Counted from the first letter of the stretch, positions 1-10,876 are shown. The stretch is 64,000 bases of DNA from an uncultured delta proteobacterium (GCA_963843145.1 CAWJJC010000020.1:704001-768000), one strand, 5' to 3'. Notes: generated by a model not told the origin, from the letters alone. Numbers and translations are program-made.

Positions 1-1172
1 CCGGGGGAAGCATTCCGCAGGCCATCGAGGCCATCAAGCAAGGGGCCTTGGATTACGTCGTCAAGCCTCTTTCCGGGGTCTGGCTGGAAGAACGAATCGG
101 GCAGCTCGATCATCAGCGGACAGGGTCGTTGGGCGAACCCGGGGGCCCCTTCGGGGCCGGACCAGTGTCCCGCCCGATTGTCACCCAGAACCGGAAGATG
201 CTGGATCTCCTGGAATTATGCCGCAAGGTCGCTGCCAGTAAAGCCACTGTGCTGATTCAGGGAGAGAGCGGCACAGGAAAAGAACTGTTTGCCCGCTATC
301 TCCACGAGCGCAGTCCCCGAAATAAGGAGGCTTTTATTGCCGTCAATTGTGCCTCTCTCCCAGACGGGCTATTGGAAAGCGAATTGTTCGGCCATGAAAA
401 GGGGGCCTTTACCGGGGCCATCCAAAAAAAATTGGGGAAATTTGAGTTGGCGCAGCGGGGGTCCATTTTATTGGATGAAATCAGTGAAATGAATACTCAA
501 TTGCAGGCCAAGCTGCTCCGGGTGCTGCAGGAAAACGAGTTGGATCGGATCGGCGGGCGACATCCGGTTCCTCTGGATATACGGGTCATCGCCACAACCA
601 ATCGAAATCTAGAAGAAAGCGTTGAAAAGGGGGATTTTCGCGCCGACCTGTATTACCGTTTAAATGTCATCCCTTTGCGCATTCCGCCTTTGCGGGAACG
701 CCCGGAGGATATTGAACTGCTGGTCGCCTATTTTGTGCGAAAATTAGCCAAACTCTATAATCGGGATGTGGTTCGGGTGTCGGACCAGGCTTTGAACTGG
801 ATCAAGCAACGGGAGTGGCGGGGAAATGTCCGCGAACTGGAAAACCTGTTGGAGCGTACCGTGCTTATCTCCTCCGGTCCGACGATCGAAATGAAAGATT
901 TTTGCCTGGAGGACTCCGCGCCCCCGACAACGGAGGTCCGGATCGATGGCTCGTCGACTTTCTCCCTCCGTGAAGTAGAAAAAGACCTGATCTTCAAGGC
1001 CTTGGATAAGACGGAGGGCAACCGAACCCAGGCTGCCAATATTCTGGGTATCAGCGTCCGGACCCTCCGGAACAAACTGCAGGAATATAAGCAGGAGGCG
1101 GGGTCGTGGACGGAGGAGGGATTGGTCCCGATTCACCCCCCGACCATGGTATGGGATTTGCAGAAAGCCTAA
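1..1172 (+). CDS. Sigma54-dependent response regulator (FlgR/FlrC-like flagellar activator), 5'-truncated by window edge
   Basis: Frame open from base 3 (AIEAIKQGALDYVVKP = end of receiver domain); GESGTGKE Walker A, GAFTGA, LLDEI, WRGNVREL and Fis-type HTH (GNRTQAANILGISVRTLRNKL); directly upstream of flgB. Confidence 0.9.
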   Translation, partial: GGSIPQAIEAIKQGALDYVVKPLSGVWLEERIGQLDHQRTGSLGEPGGPFGAGPVSRPIVTQNRKMLDLLELCRKVAASKATVLIQGESGTGKELFARYLHERSPRNKEAFIAVNCASLPDGLLESELFGHEKGAFTGAIQKKLGKFELAQRGSILLDEISEMNTQLQAKLLRVLQENELDRIGGRHPVPLDIRVIATTNRNLEESVEKGDFRADLYYRLNVIPLRIPPLRERPEDIELLVAYFVRKLAKLYNRDVVRVSDQALNWIKQREWRGNVRELENLLERTVLISSGPTIEMKDFCLEDSAPPTTEVRIDGSSTFSLREVEKDLIFKALDKTEGNRTQAANILGISVRTLRNKLQEYKQEAGSWTEEGLVPIHPPTMVWDLQKA

Positions 1173-1194
1173 GGATAAGAAGGATGAGGTGCTT

Positions 1195-1608
1195 ATGAAT
1201 CAATTTTTATCCGGTGCACTGTTTGATCGAACCTTCCATTTTCTGGAAAAATCTTTAAATCTCCGGGGTGCGCGCCAGGGGATACTGACCAGTAATATTG
1301 CCAATGCCGAGACCCCCGGCTATTCGGCCAAGGATCTCCCCTTCCGGCAAATCATGCGCCAAACGATGGGAGATCCATCCACCGTCTCGGTGCAAAAAAC
1401 ACATCCCCAACATTTTCCCGATCCGGGGTCGGCCCCGGAAAAGGAGTCCGGTCTACCCTGGTCGGTCGAAACCGTATCCTCGGGAGTTAATATCGACCAG
1501 GAAATGACCAAGCTGGCGGAAAACAACCTCCAATACCAGTCGGCCGTCCAGGCCCTGAGCAAAAAATTGGAAACCATTAAATACGTCATTTCCGGTGGGG
1601 GGCAATAA
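1195..1608 (+). CDS. flgB: Flagellar basal-body rod protein FlgB
   Basis: SNIANAETPGY motif, VNIDQEM..LAENNLQY; synteny. Confidence 0.95.
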   Translation: MNQFLSGALFDRTFHFLEKSLNLRGARQGILTSNIANAETPGYSAKDLPFRQIMRQTMGDPSTVSVQKTHPQHFPDPGSAPEKESGLPWSVETVSSGVNIDQEMTKLAENNLQYQSAVQALSKKLETIKYVISGGGQ

Positions 1609-1613
1609 ATCGA

Positions 1614-2051
1614 ATGGACCTTTTTAAAGCAATGAACATAAGCGGCACGAGCCTCAATACCCAACGGACGGTGATGAATATTATCTCCACCAACGTCGCC
1701 AACGCGCAAACCACCCGAACGGAAGAGGGCGGACCCTACCGGAGGAAAATCGCCGTTTTGGGACCGGCGGCGGTGCCCTCCGATTTTTCCCAAATTTTCG
1801 CCGGACGCGTAGAAAAGGGACAGGAGGGGGTGGAGGTCAAGGAAATAGTGGCCGACATGAGCGATTTGGAGACCCAGTATGATCCCCAGCATCCGGATGC
1901 GGATGAACGGGGCTACGTCACCTTGCCGAATGTCAATATTTTAGAAGAGATGGTGCAGTTGATGAGCGCCGCTCGAAATTACGAGGCCAGCGTTACAGCC
2001 TTCAATTCCGCCAAAAATATGATTCTTAAGGCCCTAGAAATCGGCCGCTAA
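1614..2051 (+). CDS. flgC: Flagellar basal-body rod protein FlgC
   Basis: NVANAQTTRT..GGPYRRK, YDPQHPDAD..GYV.LPNVN. Confidence 0.97.
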   Translation: MDLFKAMNISGTSLNTQRTVMNIISTNVANAQTTRTEEGGPYRRKIAVLGPAAVPSDFSQIFAGRVEKGQEGVEVKEIVADMSDLETQYDPQHPDADERGYVTLPNVNILEEMVQLMSAARNYEASVTAFNSAKNMILKALEIGR

Positions 2052-2074
2052 CTTGAAAAGGAGGAAACCGAATT

Positions 2075-2374
2075 ATGAACGCCATTTACGGTCTGGATCC
2101 AACGACTAATCGCCTGTCGGCTGGGGAACAAGTCGGCCGACGGGAAGTGGCGACGGCGGGATTTAAGGAATCCCTCGCCCAAACAGTCCGCGAAATCGAC
2201 GGCCTGCAAAAAGAGGCCGATCAGTCCATTGAAACCATGGCCGCCGGGGAGCCAAAAGACGTCCATGAAGTGATGATCGCCATGGAGAAGGCGGGGATCT
2301 CCCTGCGCTTAATGGTGCAAGTCCGCAACAAGATTATGAACGCTTACGAAGAAATCATGCGTCTGCAAGTATAG
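2075..2374 (+). CDS. fliE: Flagellar hook-basal body protein FliE
   Basis: DVHEVMIAMEKA..VQVRNK..AYEEIMRLQV. Confidence 0.95.
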   Translation: MNAIYGLDPTTNRLSAGEQVGRREVATAGFKESLAQTVREIDGLQKEADQSIETMAAGEPKDVHEVMIAMEKAGISLRLMVQVRNKIMNAYEEIMRLQV

Positions 2375-2394
2375 GGCGTTGAAGGCACAGGATT

Positions 2395-4071
2395 ATGGCC
2401 TCCAAATTGGTCGAACAATCTACTCAGCTAGTCGGCTCCATATCCAAGGGACGACTGTTTTCCCTGATCGCCATCCTCCTGGTGGCCGGGATAGGGTTCG
2501 GTTCCCTCATCTTTTGGAATACCCGCCCGGAGTATCAGGTCCTGTTCAGCAACCTTTCCCCGGAAGACGCCGGCGACATTGCCAACAAACTCAAGGAAAA
2601 GAAGATTCCCTATCAGGTGACGAACAGCGGGACGGCGGTTCTGATCCCCCGGGAACAGGTGTACGACACCCGACTGTCGCTGGCTTCAGAGGGGCTGCCC
2701 AAAGGCGGAGGTGTCGGATTTGAAGTATTTGATCGCACCAATTTGGGAACCACCGACTTTGTCCAGAAATTAAATTATCAAAGGGCGTTGTCGGGAGAAT
2801 TGGCCAGGACGATCAAGCAATTAAAAGAAATTGACCAGGCCCGGGTCCATATTGTCACTCCAAAGGATTCACTCTTTGTGGAAGAACAGAGAAAACCGAC
2901 GGCTTCGGTCCTGGTGAAAACCCGTTCGGGGATGACTTTGGGGCCCCCTCAGGTGGATGGCATTATCCATTTGGTGGCCAGCGCCGTGGAAGGCTTGGAC
3001 CCCAACAATGTAACCGTGGTGGATCAAACCGGTAAAATGCTGACCAAGAAAAACGACGGCTCTCCTGCAGGCCAGTTGACCACCAGCCAGTTGGATTATC
3101 AGCGCAACATTGAGGAGGGCCTGAAAAAGAAAATCCAGGGAATGCTGGAAGGAGTAGTCGGTCCCGATAAAGCCATTGCCCGGGTTTCGGCGGATATGGA
3201 TTTCCAGCAAGTCAATATTACCGAGGAACGTTTTGATCCGGCCACGGTTATTCGCAGCGAACAGAAAACGCTGGAAAAATCGTCCAGCACCACGGGTGGC
3301 AAAATCGGTGCGGACAAAGAAGGTTTTGTTTCACTAAAGTTGCCGGCCGAATCCAAGAACCCTGCCCGACCCGGCGCCACGGCCGGCAGCAAAACCTTTT
3401 CCGGAAGCACGGCCGGCGGTAATGAAACGATCTCGGAACGGCAAAACGAAACCAAAAATTATGAAATAACCAAGATCAATAAACAGATCCGCGGCCCGGC
3501 CGGAATAATCAAAAAAATTTCGACAGCGGTGATTATTGACGGGACCTACAAGGAAAGTGTGGGCGCCAAAGGAGCCAAAATCCGGCAGTTCGTCCCCAGG
3601 CCACCGGAAGAGATGAAAAACTTTGAAAACATGGTGAAGAAAGCTATCGGCTTTGACGACAGCCGCGGGGACCAGGTAGAAGTCACTTCCATGCCCTTTG
3701 CCTGGTCGGCCCTGGAGGATGGGCCCCGGTCCGAGACCGGATCGGCCTGGAAGGACTATTTCCAAATGCTGTATAAACCTTTGATCAGCTTGGTTTTGGC
3801 CTTGCTGTTTTTCTTTTTGGTGATCAAACCGATGATGAAAAGAAATCTCTTCAGCGGTTTTCGGACGGAAGAACAGGTGTTATTGGACCAGCTTCGGCCG
3901 CGGCCAGCGCTGCCCTCGGGAACGGAAGGCGGCGAGGTCCCGCAAATTGCCCAGAACGAGGAGGCCGGCCTTCTTAAGGGAATGGACCGGAAACGGATAT
4001 TTCAGTCCGTGGAGGAAGACCCCACCAAAGCGGCCGAAATTGTCAAATCCTGGCTGCACGAAAAAGGGTAA
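2395..4071 (+). CDS. fliF: Flagellar M-ring protein FliF
   Basis: Two TM segments, GFEVFD..GTTDF..NYQRAL.GELARTI, ASAVEGL, RGDQVEV. Confidence 0.97.
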   Translation: MASKLVEQSTQLVGSISKGRLFSLIAILLVAGIGFGSLIFWNTRPEYQVLFSNLSPEDAGDIANKLKEKKIPYQVTNSGTAVLIPREQVYDTRLSLASEGLPKGGGVGFEVFDRTNLGTTDFVQKLNYQRALSGELARTIKQLKEIDQARVHIVTPKDSLFVEEQRKPTASVLVKTRSGMTLGPPQVDGIIHLVASAVEGLDPNNVTVVDQTGKMLTKKNDGSPAGQLTTSQLDYQRNIEEGLKKKIQGMLEGVVGPDKAIARVSADMDFQQVNITEERFDPATVIRSEQKTLEKSSSTTGGKIGADKEGFVSLKLPAESKNPARPGATAGSKTFSGSTAGGNETISERQNETKNYEITKINKQIRGPAGIIKKISTAVIIDGTYKESVGAKGAKIRQFVPRPPEEMKNFENMVKKAIGFDDSRGDQVEVTSMPFAWSALEDGPRSETGSAWKDYFQMLYKPLISLVLALLFFFLVIKPMMKRNLFSGFRTEEQVLLDQLRPRPALPSGTEGGEVPQIAQNEEAGLLKGMDRKRIFQSVEEDPTKAAEIVKSWLHEKG

Positions 4072-4080
4072 ACGAGCGTC

Positions 4081-5097
4081 ATGGCCAACGAAAAATTAAC
4101 CGGTCCGCAGAAAGCCGCCATGTTCTTGCTCAGTCTGGGCGAGGAATTAACCACGAATATCATCAAGCAGATGGATGAGGAGGAGATTAAAAAATTGGGC
4201 AGCCATATTGCCCAGGTCAACTACATCGGTCCTAAAACCATAGAAAGCATTTTCTCTGAATTCAGCAGCCTCTATACCGTGGACCAACCCCTTCTCCTGA
4301 GTTCCCAGGGAAGCAATCAGTTCCTGAAGAACGTGGTGACCCGGGCTATTCCAGGGGAAAAGGGCCAGGAGATCATTGAAGAGATCGAGGAGCAAGGCAA
4401 GTGGAAATTATTTCAAAAAATAAAAAAATATGATCCCAAAACCTTAGCCAATTTTATTCGCAATGAACATCCCCAGACCATTGCCATTATTCTATCCCAC
4501 CTGGAGTCGGGGCAGGCGGCCGCCATTTTAAGCGAGCTGCCGATCAACCTTCAAACCGAAGTGGTTTATCGGGTAGCCGAATTAGAAAATGTGTCCCCGG
4601 AAATCGTGGAAGAAATCGATCAGGCGTTAATGGAAGAAGTGGCGGCGGTCAAAAGCTTTGAGGGGCAGCAGATTGGAGGCGTACGCTCGGTGGCCGAGAT
4701 GCTGAACCAGATGGACAGTTCCATGGAGGGCAATATTCTAAAGGGGATCGAAGAATTCCGACAGGGCCTGGCCGATGAAATCCGCCAGTTGATGTTTATC
4801 TTTGAAGACCTGATCAATGTGGACGATCGAGGCATTATGGCCATCCTGAAGGAAGTCAACAACGAAGAATTAATCCTGGCCATGAAAACGGCATCGGACG
4901 AAATGAAGGAGAAGGTCTTCAAGAACATGTCCGAACGGGCGGCGCAAATGATGAAGGAGGACCTCGAAGTGATGGGGCCGGTGCGGCTCAAAGACGTGGA
5001 AGTGGCTCAACAGTCGATTATCAAGATCGCTAAAAAACTGGAAGCCGAAGGCAAAATCGTTCTGGCCGGAAAAGGCAGCGAAGAGGCTTTGGTGTAA
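4081..5097 (+). CDS. fliG: Flagellar motor switch protein FliG
   Basis: QKAAMFLLSLGE, EHPQTIA, MFIFEDL, NMSERAA, GPVRLKDVE. Confidence 0.97.
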   Translation: MANEKLTGPQKAAMFLLSLGEELTTNIIKQMDEEEIKKLGSHIAQVNYIGPKTIESIFSEFSSLYTVDQPLLLSSQGSNQFLKNVVTRAIPGEKGQEIIEEIEEQGKWKLFQKIKKYDPKTLANFIRNEHPQTIAIILSHLESGQAAAILSELPINLQTEVVYRVAELENVSPEIVEEIDQALMEEVAAVKSFEGQQIGGVRSVAEMLNQMDSSMEGNILKGIEEFRQGLADEIRQLMFIFEDLINVDDRGIMAILKEVNNEELILAMKTASDEMKEKVFKNMSERAAQMMKEDLEVMGPVRLKDVEVAQQSIIKIAKKLEAEGKIVLAGKGSEEALV

Positions 5098-5109
5098 GGA
5101 GTCGAACAG

Positions 5110-5814
5110 ATGCCCGCCGGGACGTCCCCAAAAAGCTTTTCCCTCAACCCCTTTATCCGGAAGGACCAAAATCCGGATTTTCGCCCGGGGGCCATCCAAC
5201 CCCAATCGCCCAAAAGTCAATTTCAGTTCCATCCTCAGGTGACCCGGTATATGGAGGAGCTGCAGGAACAGGTTTATCAGGAACTAAAGATGAAGGCCAC
5301 GCAGATCGAACACGAGGCGTACGAGAAAGGCTTTGCTCAGGGGGAAAAAGACGGCCTGGAGAGCGGACAAAAGCGCCTGGAAGTGGTCATCAAACGGATC
5401 AACGCCCTCCTGACTCAAATTGAAAGCCAGAAAATAACGCTTTTCGAGCGGTTCGAACGGGAGATGGTCGAATTTGCCTTTTGCCTGATCAAAAAGATAC
5501 TCCAGCGGGAATCGCGATTGACGACCGGAGTCATCAAGGACACCTTGTCGACGGCCCTTAAAAAGACCGAGGAAAACCGGCAGGTCATCCTCCACATCAA
5601 CCCGGTGGATTATAGATATCTGCTGGCCCATCCGGATCAGATCCCCTGGGTGCTGAATGACCGAGAACGGGTAAAGATTCTGGAGGACGAAGCCATTACC
5701 CCCGGGGGCGGGCTCCTGGAAACAGAATTAGGGGTCATCGACGCCACCCTCGAAGGCCAGTTTGACCAGATCGTGGAACAGATCCAATGCCGATTGCCGC
5801 AGGGGGGGAAATGA
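5110..5814 (+). CDS. fliH: Flagellar assembly protein FliH
   Basis: AYEKGFAQGEKDG GxxxG repeats, INPVD, GGGLLETELGVIDAT; between fliG and fliI. Confidence 0.9.
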   Translation: MPAGTSPKSFSLNPFIRKDQNPDFRPGAIQPQSPKSQFQFHPQVTRYMEELQEQVYQELKMKATQIEHEAYEKGFAQGEKDGLESGQKRLEVVIKRINALLTQIESQKITLFERFEREMVEFAFCLIKKILQRESRLTTGVIKDTLSTALKKTEENRQVILHINPVDYRYLLAHPDQIPWVLNDRERVKILEDEAITPGGGLLETELGVIDATLEGQFDQIVEQIQCRLPQGGK

Positions 5815-7136
5815 GCTTAACCCCTACTTCTTGGAAAGCCTTTCAAACCCTGGCCCAGGAAACAGAGACCATCTGCAATTACGGACGCACCACCCAGGTG
5901 ATTGGATTGGTTATTGAGGGCCAGGGGCCCCGGGCGGCAGTGGGCGATATTTGCCACATCGAAAAGAATGATAAGAGTCGAAAAATCCCGGCTGAAGTGG
6001 TCGGGTTTCGGGACCAAAAGATATTACTTATGCCCTTCGGAGCGAGTCAGGGGATTGAACCCGGATGCCGGATTATACCGGCCGGTTTCCCGGCCCTGGC
6101 CCAGGTGGGGGAAGGGCTGCTCGGGCGGGTGATCGACGGCCTGGGGGAACCGCTGGACCAGAAAGGACCGCTCCTCCTGGAAGAAACGCTCCCTTTCCAG
6201 GTTAAGGCCGTTAATCCGGTATTAAGAAAAAGAATTTCGGAGCCCATCGATGTGGGGCTCAAGGCCATTAATGGACTGCTGACCTTGGGCCGGGGACAAC
6301 GCCTGGCCATCATGGCCGGGTCTGGAGTGGGAAAGAGCACCCTACTCGGGATGATGGCCCGCCATACTTCGGCTGAGGTCTCCGTGATCGCCCTGATCGG
6401 GGAACGGGGAAGGGAAGTCCGGGAATTTATCGAGAAAGATTTAGGGGCGGAGGGGCTAAAACGATCGGTGGTCGTGGTGGCCACCTCCGACCAGCCGCCT
6501 TTGATCCGTATCCGGGGAGCATACCTGGCAACGGTGATTGCCGAATTTTTTCGGAACCGGAAAAAAAACGTGCTCTTTATGATGGATTCGATCACCCGTT
6601 TTGCTATGGCTTCCCGGGAAGTGGGCCTGGCCGTGGGGGAGCCGCCGACCACCAAAGGCTACACTCCCAGCGTCTATGCCCAACTGCCGGGTCTGCTGGA
6701 GCGGGTCGGGACGACTCCCGGTCTGGGGAGCATCACCGGGATCTATACGGTGCTGACGGAAGCCGACGATATCAATGACCCCATCGCCGATGCGGTTCGC
6801 TCCGTGGCCGATGGACATATCGTGCTTTCCCGGGATTTGGCCAACCAAAATCATTACCCGGCCATCGATATCCTGGGCAGTATCAGCCGGGTTATGCCCG
6901 ATGTGGTGGATCGAGACCAGTTAGCGGCCCGCAACCAACTGATCGCCACTATGGCCGTTTACAAAAAAGCGGAAGACCTGATAAACCTCGGAGCCTATGT
7001 GACCGGGAGTAATCCCCAGATTGACCAAGCCATTAAAAAGATGCCGGAGATCAACGCCTTCCTTCGACAAGGGGTTGAGGAAAAAGTGGATTTTGCCTCT
7101 ACCTTGATGCAACTGAAAGCGCTGGCCAGTCAATAA
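5811..7136 (+). CDS. fliI: Flagellum-specific export ATPase FliI
   Basis: AGSGVGKS Walker A, IGERGREVREF, MDSITRFA, DGHIVLSR, YPAID; ATGA overlap with fliH. Confidence 0.97.
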   Translation: MSLTPTSWKAFQTLAQETETICNYGRTTQVIGLVIEGQGPRAAVGDICHIEKNDKSRKIPAEVVGFRDQKILLMPFGASQGIEPGCRIIPAGFPALAQVGEGLLGRVIDGLGEPLDQKGPLLLEETLPFQVKAVNPVLRKRISEPIDVGLKAINGLLTLGRGQRLAIMAGSGVGKSTLLGMMARHTSAEVSVIALIGERGREVREFIEKDLGAEGLKRSVVVVATSDQPPLIRIRGAYLATVIAEFFRNRKKNVLFMMDSITRFAMASREVGLAVGEPPTTKGYTPSVYAQLPGLLERVGTTPGLGSITGIYTVLTEADDINDPIADAVRSVADGHIVLSRDLANQNHYPAIDILGSISRVMPDVVDRDQLAARNQLIATMAVYKKAEDLINLGAYVTGSNPQIDQAIKKMPEINAFLRQGVEEKVDFASTLMQLKALASQ

Positions 7137-7139
7137 TCC

Positions 7140-7589
7140 ATGGCTTTTACCTTTCGACTGCAGTCCCTGTACCTTTGGCGAAAAAATTTAGAAGAGTTGT
7201 CCCAGCTCCGCTTGGCCGGGTACCTTCAAGCCCTGGCCGGACAGGAGGAACGAATGAAGAAACTCCGGGAGATCCGGAAGGCCTATGACGGGGAATGCCG
7301 GCATAAGGCCGGACAGGGGGCAACGGTCTGCGACCTGATCCTCTATCTGGATTATTCAAATGACAGCTTTCGACAACTGGAGGTCCTGGAACTGGAGCGG
7401 AAAAGAAACTTGAAACTTATCGAAACGGAACGGCAAAAACTGATGAACTTAACCCGGGAAAGAAAAATTTTGGAAAAGCTCAAGGAACGGCAGTTCATCA
7501 AATTTTTGTCCGAGCAGGAAAAAAGGGAACGAAAAGCGTCGGATGACCTGCTGGTGCAACGGCGTCCCGTTTCCAGGAAAGGCATCTAA
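7140..7589 (+). CDS. fliJ: Flagellar export protein FliJ
   Basis: FTFRLQ start, coiled coil, KILEKLKE..E.K..DD; position after fliI. Confidence 0.88.
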   Translation: MAFTFRLQSLYLWRKNLEELSQLRLAGYLQALAGQEERMKKLREIRKAYDGECRHKAGQGATVCDLILYLDYSNDSFRQLEVLELERKRNLKLIETERQKLMNLTRERKILEKLKERQFIKFLSEQEKRERKASDDLLVQRRPVSRKGI

Positions 7590-7593
7590 CCCT

Positions 7594-8193
7594 ATGGGAA
7601 CCAGGAAAGGGAGCGCCTTTTTTTATTACTTGCTGGGCCTGCAGGTTTTTTTGCTGGTCTTATTAATCGCTAAGGTCAGCTTGTCCGGGCTTCATTCTCC
7701 GGATAGACCGAAAATAAAACCCGACGCGATTCAGGGACGGCAAACTGTGCGAATCGAGACGACACCCCAAACACCCGCCGCTGACGCCTGGACCAAGGAT
7801 CCGGAAATCCTGAAAGCCCTGCAGGAGAAGTCCCGGGCCCTTGAAATTCAGAAACAACAGGTGGACCAAAAAGAGAAGGATTTGGCCCGGATTCAAATGG
7901 AGATCGACGGAAAAATAAATCAGTTAAATCAGCTACAGGTTCAATTAAAAAAAATAGTGGACCAATCTAAAACGATTCAGGATAAAAAGATTCAGCATCT
8001 TTCAGAAATTTTTTGCGCCATGCTGCCGGATAAAGCGGCCCGAATGATTGAGAAGATGGACGATAAAACCGTTACCGAAGTATTTCAAATCATGCGCAGC
8101 AAGGAAGTGGGTGGAATTTTGACCCATCTGGATCCCGCCCGCGCTGCCAGGATCAGCGCTAACTTGAGTCTGTTGACCCCCCGGGCGAATTAA
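7594..8193 (+). CDS. MotE/FlbB-like protein (TM + coiled coil + MgtE-N-like domain)
   Basis: N-terminal TM, coiled coil, M.PDKAA.MIEKMD..MRSKEVGGIL..DP.RAA; usual position between fliJ and fliK. Confidence 0.8.
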   Translation: MGTRKGSAFFYYLLGLQVFLLVLLIAKVSLSGLHSPDRPKIKPDAIQGRQTVRIETTPQTPAADAWTKDPEILKALQEKSRALEIQKQQVDQKEKDLARIQMEIDGKINQLNQLQVQLKKIVDQSKTIQDKKIQHLSEIFCAMLPDKAARMIEKMDDKTVTEVFQIMRSKEVGGILTHLDPARAARISANLSLLTPRAN

Positions 8194-8344
8194 GGAAAAA
8201 AATTTCTGCCCTGTCCCGCCTAGCCTGGAAATATTTGCCGCTCAGCCCGACCCTCAGGGGCGGCCTTACCGTTCGTTTATTGTAACTTCTCGAAAATACA
8301 ACTAAAAAAAATGGCCAGGGGCTGGGTTGGAAGAGTTTTAATGA

Positions 8345-8360
8345 TGGCACGACCATTGCT
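8345..8360 (+). promoter_or_regulatory. Sigma54 -24/-12 promoter of fliK-flgDE
   Basis: TGGCAC-GACCA-TTGCT matches TGGCAC-N5-TTGC. Confidence 0.9.
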
Positions 8361-8378
8361 TTACCCTGTGGTCAAACC

Positions 8379-10176
8379 ATGGAAACACTTGCCCCTAGCC
8401 CCTTGACCCGGTTAAAAATCCAGGACGCTCCTCCGGAGTTTGCTCCGAAAAATCCGCCGGAGCGCTTTGCCCAGGTAATATCCCGTCAAGAAAAGTCTAA
8501 CCGCCCTAAAAAAAATGCGATGGGTTTAGAGCGGGAAGAAGCGGGAGCGAATATTCCTTTGCCTCCCAAAAAGAAAGCCAAGCAGGAGAGCCCGGACCCG
8601 GTGACTGATCCGGAAGTCACGGCCTTGCTAACGCCTCCGACCTCGAATACCGTCCTCCCGAGTCCCCCGAGCCCACAGCAGGACCTAAAAGACCCGACTT
8701 TGTTCCCGAAACCCGAGGGCCAGACTCCCACCCCGGCCCTCGCCTCGACGGAGGTAAAGCCGCAGGATTCGCTTCTGGCAGTGGACCTCGAAGACCAGAC
8801 TTTTCTCCTTAAACTCATACCCCAGGCCTCTAATTCGGCCATGGCCTCTACGGATCAAATCGGTCCCGGTGCCAAGAGCCAGCCCGGGCCGGAGGATTTC
8901 CTTATTACCAGCGAAACCGGACCTGCATCTGCTCCGGCCGCTGTTCAGCCCTTAGGAGCTTTAAGAGAAAATCCGTCTGATTTCAAAGACGCTTGAAAAT
9001 CTGATTCTTTTCCCCACCCCGGAATCTTTAACCATTGAACAAAAGGTTTCTCCGGAGACGACGGGGAATGTTATGCGGTCTTCCCAGACAACGACGGAAA
9101 ACAATCTGTCGTTCTCCCCCCAGGGTCCGGCCATCCCGGAGACTACCTCGGCAGTTGATGGTCCGGACCCCTCCCCTTCGTTAATTCTCCAGGAGATCGC
9201 GCTGAAAGGCCAGGCTGGCGCGTCCCCTGCCCAAGAGATAAAACCCGAATCTCAGGAACCCTCTTTAGTAACCTTATCCAGGACAGAAAAGGTCGCTACC
9301 GCGCCAATAGTGGAGGGCCCGCCGTCCGTGGAGGCGAACCGGGTTGTCTCCAATTCGCCAGCAGTAAAGATTTCCACTACGGACACCTCTCCGCCGACTT
9401 CGAAAGAGATCCTTTCTGGCAGGGATATCTCCTCCTTAGCAAAGGCGGAAGGAGCGCCTGCCCCCGAGAAGACCTCCCCGAGATTAACCGGTCTGGGTCC
9501 GGAACCTTCTTCCCTTCACCAGGCCCCGCTGGAAAAAGTGGAACCGGGGATCACCCTCCGGAATCCTGGTGAAAACCTGCCCGCTTCTGGGGATCAGGAG
9601 ACGAATAACCCTTCCCGGATCCAGAACGACACCCACCACGGAAGTATAACCGAGTTCCTCAACCAACCCAGAATCGAAGGGATCTCGGCCGATCGTCCCA
9701 TTGAGGGGCCACCGAAAGCGTCTCCGGAATGGATCAAAGAGGCCCTCTCCGTTTATCAACAGTACAGCAAAGGGCTTCTCCGTAATCTCCAGCAGGCCGG
9801 AGAACGTATCCAAATGACCCTCGATCCGCCTCAATTGGGCAACATTCTAGTGGAGATTAATCGCGACCGAAATTTCGTTACCGCCCATTTGTGGACCGAC
9901 AATCCCCACACCAAGGAACTGTTGGACTTCAGCCGGGGGCAGCTTCAAAAGACACTGAAATTGGACGGCTTCCAACTCGACCGGTTCGAGGTCCTGGTAC
10001 AGCCGGACTTAAAATCCTTTCAGGAGGAGCGCTGGTTCGGGGGCCGGCAACCGGCTTGGGAAAACAACCGGCAAGAGGGGAGCCGCGCCTCGCCGGCCGC
10101 ACTGATCCCCATTTCTCCGGGGACGGTACCTCTCCGTTTCAGCCAGGGCAATCAATACGTGGACACTTGGGTCTAA
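8379..10176 (+). pseudogene. fliK: Flagellar hook-length control protein FliK, split by a +1 frameshift near 8965-8996
   Basis: ORF 8379-8996 (P/S/E-rich) and ORF to 10176 (IQMTLDPPQLGNILVEI T3S4 domain, C-terminal YVDTWV) are in different frames; downstream frame open from 8965; directly before flgD. Could be a sequencing error. Confidence 0.75.
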
Positions 10177-10198
10177 TTCAAAAAAAGAGGAAAAGGAA

Positions 10199-10858
10199 AT
10201 GACAACCAGCGCGATAAACGCAGCCACGACGACCGGCACTTCAACCAACCCGACCTCAAAAAATAATACGTTGAATCAGGCGGACTTCCTGAATATTTTT
10301 GTCACCCAGTTGAAGTATCAAGACCCCTTACAGCCATTGGATAACTCCCAGATGGCCTCTCAAATGGCCCAGTTCAGCATGGTCCAATCACTGAACAGCA
10401 TGACCGAATCCATGAAGAATATGGAAAGCTCCCAGGCGGCGGTTAACAACCTGCAGGCCGCTTCCCTGGTAGGCAAGAAGGTGGAGGTCAAAGGGAGCAC
10501 CCTGTCCCTCAGCCAAGGAACCGCCTCGGAAGGAAGCTACCAACTGGATAAACCGGGAAAGGTGACCATCAAGATTATGGATGAGAAGGGGAGTCTGGTT
10601 CGGGTCATCGAATCCGGAGTCACGGATACCCAAAAACAAAAATTCGTCTGGGATGGCAAAAACCAGCAAGGGGCCACTTTGCCCGATGGGCAGTACAGTT
10701 TTCAGGTCTCGGCCGTCGATGCGCAGGGCACGGCCATCGGGGTCAACACGACCATGGTAGGAAAGGTGGACGGCGTATCCCTCGACCAGGGAACGGCCTA
10801 CCTCCAGATAGGGTCCAATAAAGTTCTTTTATCGGAAATCATAGCCATTTTGGCTTAA
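10199..10858 (+). CDS. flgD: Flagellar hook cap protein FlgD
   Basis: FL.IFVTQLKYQDPL.P, QMAQFS, WDGKN..G..LPDGQY. Confidence 0.96.
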   Translation: MTTSAINAATTTGTSTNPTSKNNTLNQADFLNIFVTQLKYQDPLQPLDNSQMASQMAQFSMVQSLNSMTESMKNMESSQAAVNNLQAASLVGKKVEVKGSTLSLSQGTASEGSYQLDKPGKVTIKIMDEKGSLVRVIESGVTDTQKQKFVWDGKNQQGATLPDGQYSFQVSAVDAQGTAIGVNTTMVGKVDGVSLDQGTAYLQIGSNKVLLSEIIAILA

Positions 10859-10876
10859 CAAAAAAGGAGGACAGTC

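Noticed and set aside
8994-8996. Selenocysteine or readthrough at the fliK TGA
   Set aside because: In-frame readthrough meets another TGA 14 codons later; the continuation is in a different frame
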